Positions 1 to 5,299 of a DNA stretch of 26,166 nt are shown here, one piece after another. Location of the stretch: the IMG/VR virus record IMGVR_UViG_3300005325_000020, positions 1 to 26,166 of that record. One strand, 5' to 3'. A program made the position numbers and the translations under genes. This DNA comes from a virus. Its lineage: Duplodnaviria; Caudoviricetes. Below the pieces are notes generated by a model. It was given only the letters and a program-made list of their open reading frames with translations. It was not told where the DNA came from and made no database searches. Every line of letters starts with the position of its first letter. Positions within the stretch are counted from its first letter, which is position 1.

Positions 1-122
1 CGTGCAACAAGTACATGCGTTGCCCAACGTGGGACGAATTGCACGAACAGAACAAAGAACTTCGATGCAAGCTCGCGCAGTACGAAACGCTGATGAAGTT
101 GTTCAAGGACTTGTCGGCATAA
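1..122 (+). CDS. 3' part of a small Cys-rich cassette protein (second copy of the 643..882 gene); 5' end lies outside the window
   Basis: Bases 1-123 are identical to 761-883; reads ...CNKYMRCPTWDELHEQNKELRCKLAQYETLMKLFKDLSA, stop TAA at 120-122. Confidence 0.75.
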   Translation, partial: CNKYMRCPTWDELHEQNKELRCKLAQYETLMKLFKDLSA

Positions 123-123
123 C
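1..123 (+). repeat. Exact direct repeat (copy 1) of 761..883; duplicated gene cassette
   Basis: Base-for-base identity, ending exactly after the TAAC of the recombination core. Confidence 0.95.
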
Positions 124-179
124 GGCCTGAGGGTCTGGGGTGGCAGCTTCACGCCATCCCAAGCACCCGATGGTTATGT
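117..179 (-). other. attC: attC recombination site (63 bp)
   Basis: Minus strand: ACATAAC CATC GGGT[G]CTTGGG[A]TGGC..loop..GCCACCCCAGACCC TCAGGCC GTTATGC. R'' and R' boxes flank an imperfect hairpin with two extrahelical bases 6 bp apart. Confidence 0.85.
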
Positions 180-208
180 CACGAAAGCCCACTTCAAAGG
201 AGATGAAC

Positions 209-604
209 ATGGAAAAGAAAATTAGCAAAATGGTGGACCGTTTTCTCTGTTGGAAACTTCCAGAGGATTTTGCCCCTGACTGCGGTATCAGCTTTGACAG
301 CCATAATGGGCAATGTGTCCCCGTAGGAACCAACCTTTTGACAGCCACACAAGCGCGTCAGATGCTTGAACATATTACTGCTGAAGAATGTACTGAAGGA
401 ATGCAACCACTTCCGCACCAGCTCAGAGTGATTGAAGAGCGGCAGGCGCTGGACGAAAAGCGCCAAAAGTTGGCCTCGTTTATCGGCGGCGAACTGTACC
501 GGAATCTTCCTAAAATGGAGCAGTCGAGGCTGAATCGGCAATTGGAGGCAATGACACTGTATTCCAGTATCCTCATTGAACGTATCGCTGCATTTGCAGA
601 GTGA
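209..604 (+). CDS. Cassette-encoded phage hypothetical protein; C-terminal half resembles the crAss001_48-like domain
   Basis: RBS AAGGAG at 197-202; C-terminus PHQLRVIEERQALDEKRQKLASFI...EQSRLNRQLEAMTLYSSILIERIAAF is a pattern I recall from phage proteins. Confidence 0.75.
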   Translation: MEKKISKMVDRFLCWKLPEDFAPDCGISFDSHNGQCVPVGTNLLTATQARQMLEHITAEECTEGMQPLPHQLRVIEERQALDEKRQKLASFIGGELYRNLPKMEQSRLNRQLEAMTLYSSILIERIAAFAE

Positions 605-694
605 CATAACGCTCCGCATCACGGGGCCGGAGAACAAAGACTATGACAGAAGAAAACGGCAACTCGACGGCTCCCGTGCATGCGGTTGTTATGC
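604..694 (-). other. attC: attC recombination site (91 bp)
   Basis: Minus strand GCATAAC AACCGCAT[G]CACGGG[A]GCCG...CGGCCCCGTGATGCGGAGC GTTATGT. Confidence 0.9.
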
Positions 695-882
695 CGCAAT
701 TGTGCGGGTGCGGTAGGCCAGTGCGGTACATTGTTCCAAACGGCGACGGAACAGCCGCTTCGTGCAACAAGTACATGCGTTGCCCAACGTGGGACGAATT
801 GCACGAACAGAACAAAGAACTTCGATGCAAGCTCGCGCAGTACGAAACGCTGATGAAGTTGTTCAAGGACTTGTCGGCATAA
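643..882 (+). CDS. Small Cys-rich cassette protein (79 aa) starting inside the attC loop
   Basis: GGAG at 629-632, ATG at 643; CGCG...SCNKYMRC followed by a coiled-coil-like tail; stop TAA lies within the GCATAAC core. Confidence 0.65.
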   Translation: MTEENGNSTAPVHAVVMPQLCGCGRPVRYIVPNGDGTAASCNKYMRCPTWDELHEQNKELRCKLAQYETLMKLFKDLSA

Positions 883-883
883 C
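761..883 (+). repeat. Exact direct repeat (copy 2) of 1..123
   Basis: Direct comparison. Confidence 0.95.
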
Positions 884-919
884 CATCATTACCCCGACCA
901 ACCGGCGGCATATCACGCA
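877..919 (-). other. attI: attI-like site A
   Basis: Core GTTATGC on the - strand with no attC hairpin; lies between the first cassette and intI; 36/43 identical to 3177..3219. Confidence 0.7.
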
Positions 920-938
920 ACAGAAAGGAGATAAACCG

Positions 939-1136
939 ATGAAAACAGGTGAAATAATCGACCGGCTGCGCAAAAAAATACGCCTGAAGCATTACAGCAT
1001 GGCCACCGAAAAAAGCTATGTCGGTTGGGCTCGTCGGTATGTCTTCTTTCATGCCGACGTGCGGACCACGCAGATTTATACCCACGTCACCGGCCACGGC
1101 GCAGGTGTGCTCTCGCCGCTGGATCGGGTAGCCTGA
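939..1136 (+). pseudogene. intI: Integron integrase with a large in-frame internal deletion (65 aa)
   Basis: RBS AAAGGAG; IntI N-terminal motif IDRLRKKIRLKHYSMATEKSYVGWARRYVFFH fused directly to the IntI C-terminal motif HADVRTTQIYTHV...GVLSPLD. Confidence 0.9.
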
Positions 1137-1161
1137 GAACCCAACGCCAAAAGGAGCCTAA

Positions 1162-1329
1162 ATGACCAACCGCCTCGGCCTGGCCGAACTGACCGACGAA
1201 GCAAGGAGCGACGTCATCCAGACCCTCTCCCGCCACGGGCTGATTTTACCAAGCAGCCGGATGGTCCTCAATGTCAATGCGGAGGGAAAACTGGGGAGTA
1301 TTGAGTATGAGAAGATTGTTTTGAGGTAA
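1162..1329 (+). CDS. Hypothetical protein (55 aa; below the ORF-track cutoff)
   Basis: RBS AAGGAG at 1151-1156; MTNRLGLAELTDEARSDVIQTLSRHGLILPSSRMVLNVNAEGKLGSIEYEKIVLR. Confidence 0.65.
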   Translation: MTNRLGLAELTDEARSDVIQTLSRHGLILPSSRMVLNVNAEGKLGSIEYEKIVLR

Positions 1330-1368
1330 CGATGATCGGAGCGAATCCGCTGGAGTGATTGGTTCGGC
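1324..1368 (-). other. attC: Degenerate (internally deleted) attC at the distal end of array B
   Basis: Minus strand GCCGAAC CAATC ACTCCAGCGGA TTCGC TCCG ATCATC GTTACCT: typical left arm, but the L' part of the right arm is missing. Confidence 0.55.
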
Positions 1369-1425
1369 GTCTTTGCCTGCAACTAAGCGCCGTAGTTCCA
1401 GCGCCGACTTTTACAAGGAGAAAGA

Positions 1426-1623
1426 ATGAGAACTGTAGCTTGGCTCAGAAAAGAACTGAAAAAGTTCCCGGATGATGCTGTGTGTTTTGCCTACGAAGCT
1501 GAAGTCACCGGGTTGGTTATCGAAATGCCGGGGAAGCGAATGCAGAATCAAGGTGTCATTTACTGCTCGGAATACGCCGACGAAGGAAAAGAGACCGAAC
1601 TTTTCGGAACGGACGAAGAATGA
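1426..1623 (+). CDS. Hypothetical protein (65 aa)
   Basis: Strong RBS AAGGAG upstream; LRKELKKFPDDAV pattern resembles small phage proteins. Confidence 0.7.
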   Translation: MRTVAWLRKELKKFPDDAVCFAYEAEVTGLVIEMPGKRMQNQGVIYCSEYADEGKETELFGTDEE

Positions 1624-1728
1624 AGAAGCTGAGCGTGCCGGTGAAGCGACCGCAAGGGCACTGCGATGCCGGCAACTGAGCAACTGCGACCCGCCCTTGC
1701 GGGTCCTGTAACCGGAGCAAGAGAAAGC

Positions 1729-2022
1729 ATGAACGCAATGACCGACGACGACCGCAAGGCGATTGCCGAAGCGCCAGAACTGATGCTGGCCGAGTGGTGG
1801 TGCCTGCTGAACAAGTGGGAGTGGCCGCGCGAAGGGCTCGGCGAGCCGGACCCGGTGCCAGAGAAGCACGACGGCAACCGCCGACGCGGGCAGATCATGA
1901 ACGCAATCTGCGAGCGCATCGGCATTCGAGAGTGTCTGCGGGAGTGGAACCGCAACAACATGCCCGGCCCGGCCTTCGACGAGTGGTGGGACAGCGGCCG
2001 TGATGCGCGGAAATCGGCTTAA
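1729..2022 (+). CDS. Hypothetical Trp-rich protein; start uncertain (1666, 1729 or 1738)
   Basis: Open frame with high GC3 that stops at the TAA of the GCTTAAC core. Confidence 0.65.
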   Translation: MNAMTDDDRKAIAEAPELMLAEWWCLLNKWEWPREGLGEPDPVPEKHDGNRRRGQIMNAICERIGIRECLREWNRNNMPGPAFDEWWDSGRDARKSA

Positions 2023-2073
2023 CGATTGAGGTGTGCGGTGAGCGAAGCGATCCGCACCAGTGATTTGTTATGC
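2017..2073 (-). other. attC: attC recombination site (57 bp)
   Basis: Minus strand GCATAAC AAATC ACT[G]GTGCGG[A]TCGCTTCGCTCACCGCACACC TCAATC GTTAAGC. Confidence 0.85.
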
Positions 2074-2099
2074 CTTTTCAGGCAGAAAGGAACGCTAAA

Positions 2100-2396
2100 A
2101 TGAAGGTCTTGCGCGTAAACATGCCGGATGGCAGCAAATGGGATGTACCTGTCAGTGTGATCGCTGAGAACAGGGCGAAATACTATGCCCACGAATTCGG
2201 CGGGGATGTGCAGAAGTCGATGGAGGAAGACACCCTGCCGCTGTTCGAGGCCGACCGCTACGAAATCGAAGACTGGGCGGCGAACAATATGAACTGGTCG
2301 GACGTGGAGAGAGTGGCGCAGTTGGCCGTAGCCGCCGAAACCGACTACCAGGAGGGGTGGGTAAACGGCGGCAAGACGGTGGTTGATAAGGCATAA
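2100..2396 (+). CDS. Cassette-encoded phage hypothetical protein (98 aa)
   Basis: RBS AAAGGA; MPDGSKWDVPVSVIAENRAKYYA...EIEDWAANNMNWSDV, a pattern I recall from phage genomes. Confidence 0.8.
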   Translation: MKVLRVNMPDGSKWDVPVSVIAENRAKYYAHEFGGDVQKSMEEDTLPLFEADRYEIEDWAANNMNWSDVERVAQLAVAAETDYQEGWVNGGKTVVDKA

Positions 2397-2463
2397 CGAC
2401 TGAAATAACCGGCAGGCATGGAGCGCAGCGGAATGCCTGTCCGAGTTGATTGATTTGTTAGCC
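2391..2463 (-). other. attC: attC recombination site (73 bp)
   Basis: Minus strand GGCTAAC AAATC AATCAACTCGGACAGGCATTCCGCTGCGCTCCATGCCTGCCGGTTATT TCAGTC GTTATGC; typical attC architecture. Confidence 0.92.
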
Positions 2464-2479
2464 GCTGCTGGAGGTACTT

Positions 2480-2848
2480 ATGGAACGTGCAGACCTGATA
2501 CAACAAGGCATTGGCCCGGCAGAGGCCCGCGAGGATGATGAAGTGCGGCACCAGGCGGCAGAGCTGGAATGGGCGCTCACAAAAATGGAGCGAGCAATTA
2601 CGCGATGGGAGACCGCCACCCAGCAAATAAACCAGGCTTTTGAACTGATGGGAGAGGCAACCGAACATTTGCTTAATTTGGCTGAGGATAGCGATAACGC
2701 ACTCGGAAGTGCGGCGCATGGACGGGTTTCTGCCCTGGTGAAGCTGATGCACAACAAGATTCTGTGCCATGACCGGGCAGTGAAGGCGGCAACGGCAAAA
2801 CAGCTCTATGGACTCAAGCCTGTAGGGCGTGTGATTCATGGCGGCTAA
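2480..2848 (+). CDS. Cassette-encoded hypothetical coiled-coil protein (122 aa)
   Basis: RBS GGAGG; stop within the GGCTAAC core. Confidence 0.7.
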   Translation: MERADLIQQGIGPAEAREDDEVRHQAAELEWALTKMERAITRWETATQQINQAFELMGEATEHLLNLAEDSDNALGSAAHGRVSALVKLMHNKILCHDRAVKAATAKQLYGLKPVGRVIHGG

Positions 2849-2896
2849 CGGATTTAACTAAGCGGTGCGTAGCATCCGATTGAGTGGGTGTTATGG
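2843..2896 (-). other. attC: attC recombination site (54 bp)
   Basis: Minus strand CCATAAC ACCC ACT[C]AATCGG[A]TGC TAC GCACCGCTTAGT TAAATCC GTTAGCC. Confidence 0.85.
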
Positions 2897-2912
2897 CGCG
2901 GGAGGTAGAAGA

Positions 2913-3182
2913 ATGGAGAAAGAGAGGGTGCTTTTTGAGAAGACGGAAACGATGAAGGAGAGTATTTACTCTGATATCGTGACGTTTGGATTCCTGTTCT
3001 TGTGTATGTGGTTCAGCTATAGCCAGGGAGGAGGGTGGTGGACGTTCTTCACCTGTTCGATGTTCCTGATGTCGCTGTCCACAAAACTGTCGCTCAGTTG
3101 TTCTAGTCGATGGGTAAAACTTAGGACGAAAAAAGAGGCCATTGAATGGGCGGAATCCCTGCCTGATGACGAAGCGCCATAA
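2913..3182 (+). CDS. Cassette-encoded small membrane protein (89 aa, two hydrophobic segments)
   Basis: RBS GGAGG at 2901-2905; IVTFGFLFLCMWFSY and WWTFFTCSMFLMSL segments. Confidence 0.75.
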   Translation: MEKERVLFEKTETMKESIYSDIVTFGFLFLCMWFSYSQGGGWWTFFTCSMFLMSLSTKLSLSCSSRWVKLRTKKEAIEWAESLPDDEAP

Positions 3183-3219
3183 CTATCATTACCCCGCCCT
3201 GCCGGCGACATAACACGCA
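3177..3219 (-). other. attI: attI-like site B
   Basis: Paralog of 877..919; core GTTATGG with a second GTTATGT direct repeat 31 bp upstream on the - strand. Confidence 0.7.
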
Positions 3220-3266
3220 CCACGCACACCTAAAAACCTAGCACCACCCCGGTACCTTTCACACCG

Positions 3267-3313
3267 AAAGCCCGGACGTTCATGGCAACCCGCCATGCGT
3301 CCGGGCTTTTTTT
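3267..3313 (+). terminator. Rho-independent terminator-like long hairpin
   Basis: AAAGCCCGGACG-TT-CATGGC / GCCATG-CGTCCGGGCTTT followed by a T run. Confidence 0.7.
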
Positions 3314-3324
3314 GGGAGCTTTCC

Positions 3325-4080
3325 ATGTTCGAGCGCGTCAAAAAGCTGCACGAAATCGCCGATCAGATGGACAAGGCCGAGCTGTCCATCCAGAGCTCCG
3401 CCGTGCAGAACGCCATGACCGCCCACCGCGATGGGGCGAGCAGCGCGACGCTCAAAAGCTGGCAGGCGAACAAGGAAGCCCTGCAAGACCTCATCGACCG
3501 TCTGTGGCCAAAGTATTTCCCCGGCGAATCCGGTCGGCCAGGAGGTTCCGATGCATGGTTTCGGAATAAAGCCGCCGCCTGGGACGTTTATCGGCGCACG
3601 GGCAAGCTCGGGCGCTCCAGCTTTTTCGAAAAGGTGCCGACCGTCGGGAAAAAAGTCTCGTGCATGGTGGTCGAAAACATGCTGCTGCGCGAGGAAAACG
3701 AGGAGAAATCCGCCCGGCCATCCGCGCCGGTCGAATACGACACCGCCCGTGATGAGGCTCGGTTTCTCAAGGCCAAAGCCGACCGAGAGGAATTTCGCCG
3801 CGACGACGAGAAGCGCGCCCTTGATGCCAAGTGGGTGTTGCGCGAATCCGCCGAGGAAGAAACCTGCGTTTGGGTGTCACGCCTGCGCGACGCCGTCGCC
3901 TACCACATCGGCAAAAACCAGCTTGCCATCATCCACGCCTGCGGGGGCAACCCGGCGCGACTGTCTGAGGTGCAAAGCATCATCGACGCCGCCCTCGCTG
4001 CAGCCTGCAACGAAATAGCCAACAGCGCCGAAGTCACAGTCGAGATCGAGGATTTGGAGGAGGTAGTCAATGCAGATTGA
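3325..4080 (+). CDS. Probable terminase small subunit (Nu1-like C-terminal half)
   Basis: RBS GGAG; position upstream of the terminase large subunit; ARFLKAKADREEFRRD...WVLRESAEEE coiled-coil pattern. Confidence 0.6.
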   Translation: MFERVKKLHEIADQMDKAELSIQSSAVQNAMTAHRDGASSATLKSWQANKEALQDLIDRLWPKYFPGESGRPGGSDAWFRNKAAAWDVYRRTGKLGRSSFFEKVPTVGKKVSCMVVENMLLREENEEKSARPSAPVEYDTARDEARFLKAKADREEFRRDDEKRALDAKWVLRESAEEETCVWVSRLRDAVAYHIGKNQLAIIHACGGNPARLSEVQSIIDAALAAACNEIANSAEVTVEIEDLEEVVNAD

Positions 4081-5299
4081 ACAGATCGAAACGCACCGAC
4101 TGGTGCCCTATGCCCGGAACAGCCGGACCCATAGCGCCGAGCAGGTAGCGCAGATCGTCGCCAGCATCCGCGAGTTTGGTTTCACCAACCCGGTGCTGAT
4201 TGATGACAAGAACATGATCGTCGCCGGTCATGGCCGGGTGATGGCCGCCAGTTCCATGGGCATGGAGAAGGTCCCCTGCATCCGCCTAACCGGCCTGAAC
4301 GAAGCGCAGATCAAGGCGTATGTCATCGCGGACAACCAGCTTGCCCTCGGGGCCGGATGGGATGCCGAGATTTTAAAGCTCGAGCTGGCCGATTTGTCCG
4401 AGATGAATTTCAAGCTGGACCTGCTCGGTTTCGACCCTGACGAGTTGTTAAAACTTCTCCCCATGCCGGAACAAGCCGAGCCGTTGTGCGACGAGGATGA
4501 TGTGCCGCCAGTTCCAGAAGCCGCGGTTTCGCGCAATGGGGATGTGTGGCTGATGGGAAATCATCGGTTGATGTGCGGGGATAGCACCGAAGCCGGATCA
4601 TGGTCGGTTGTAATGGGGGGGGCATGTGCTGACCTGATCGTCACAGACCCGCCTTATGGCGTGAGCTACGCAGACAAAAACAAATTTTTAAACGCTTTCG
4701 ATAAGGGCAACAGGGTTCAAACAAACATTGAAAACGATCATGGAAAAATAGAAGACATCGCCAAGGTCTGGAAGGCTGTTTTTGACTGTCTTTATACCAT
4801 CGCCCGCCGTGGTTGTTCCGTCTATGCTACCGCCCCGCAGGGTGGTGACCAAATGATGATGATGATGCAAGCATCATTCCCGGTCAGGCATGAATTGATC
4901 TGGCTAAAAAACAACCATGTGCTCGGACGGGCGGACTACGCCTATAAGCATGAACCTATTTTATATTCATGGAAAGATGCCGGTCATAAATTTTATGGTG
5001 GGTTTCAAACATCGATTTTTGAATTTCCAAAGCCGGTAAAAAATGACCTTCATCCAACGATGAAACCCGTCGGGCTGTTTCAAAAACTGATCGAAAACTC
5101 TTCTTTGCCCGGTGAGATTGTTGTCGATGCCTTCACCGGATCAGGGACAACGCTGATCGCCTGCGAGCAGACCGGCCGCGTTTTTCGCGGGATGGAGTTG
5201 GCCCCTGTTTACGCGGACGTTATTGTCCGCCGCTGGCAGAACTTCACCGGGAAAACCGCCATCCTTGAGTCTACCGGCGAACCTTTCCCATGCACCTGA
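4070..5299 (+). CDS. ParB/Srx N-terminal domain plus N6/N4 DNA methyltransferase
   Basis: LVPYARNSRTHS...SIREFGFTNPVLID...AGHGR; catalytic DPPY; HPTMKPV; DAFTGSGTT (motif I). Confidence 0.93.
   Translation: MQIEQIETHRLVPYARNSRTHSAEQVAQIVASIREFGFTNPVLIDDKNMIVAGHGRVMAASSMGMEKVPCIRLTGLNEAQIKAYVIADNQLALGAGWDAEILKLELADLSEMNFKLDLLGFDPDELLKLLPMPEQAEPLCDEDDVPPVPEAAVSRNGDVWLMGNHRLMCGDSTEAGSWSVVMGGACADLIVTDPPYGVSYADKNKFLNAFDKGNRVQTNIENDHGKIEDIAKVWKAVFDCLYTIARRGCSVYATAPQGGDQMMMMMQASFPVRHELIWLKNNHVLGRADYAYKHEPILYSWKDAGHKFYGGFQTSIFEFPKPVKNDLHPTMKPVGLFQKLIENSSLPGEIVVDAFTGSGTTLIACEQTGRVFRGMELAPVYADVIVRRWQNFTGKTAILESTGEPFPCT

Larger units (their letters stand above)
1..1136 (-). mobile_element. Integron-like array A: truncated intI, attI-like site, cassettes 610..882, 123..609 and <1..122
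   Basis: attC sites at 117-179 and 604-694, attI-like site at 877-919, IntI remnant at 939-1136. Confidence 0.85.
1324..3219 (-). mobile_element. Integron-like array B without an adjacent integrase: cassettes 2849..3182, 2397..2848, 2023..2396, 1330..2022
   Basis: Three intact attC sites, one degenerate attC, and an attI-like site at 3177-3219. Confidence 0.85.

Noticed and set aside
762-938. N-terminal extension of the IntI ORF given in the ORF track
   Set aside because: It overlaps a cassette gene and attI; the RBS and IntI similarity start at 939.
884-938. LexA box or dedicated intI promoter
   Set aside because: No CTGT-N8-ACAG or clear -35/-10 pair seen; the host's LexA motif is unknown, so absence is not conclusive.
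117-3219. CRISPR array or simple terminators as the explanation for the repeated hairpins
   Set aside because: The hairpins differ in sequence and length, are separated by gene-sized units, lack T tails, and carry AAC/GTT ends with attC-type extrahelical bases.
103-3229. Minus-strand ORFs as the true cassette genes (194..637, 573..1097, 2345..2839, etc.)
   Set aside because: They cross attC boundaries and have no convincing protein features; the plus-strand ORFs have SD sequences and fit the cassette limits.
4853-4867. (ATG)5 tract in the methylase as a phase-variation switch
   Set aside because: A trinucleotide unit keeps the frame, and the tract is short.
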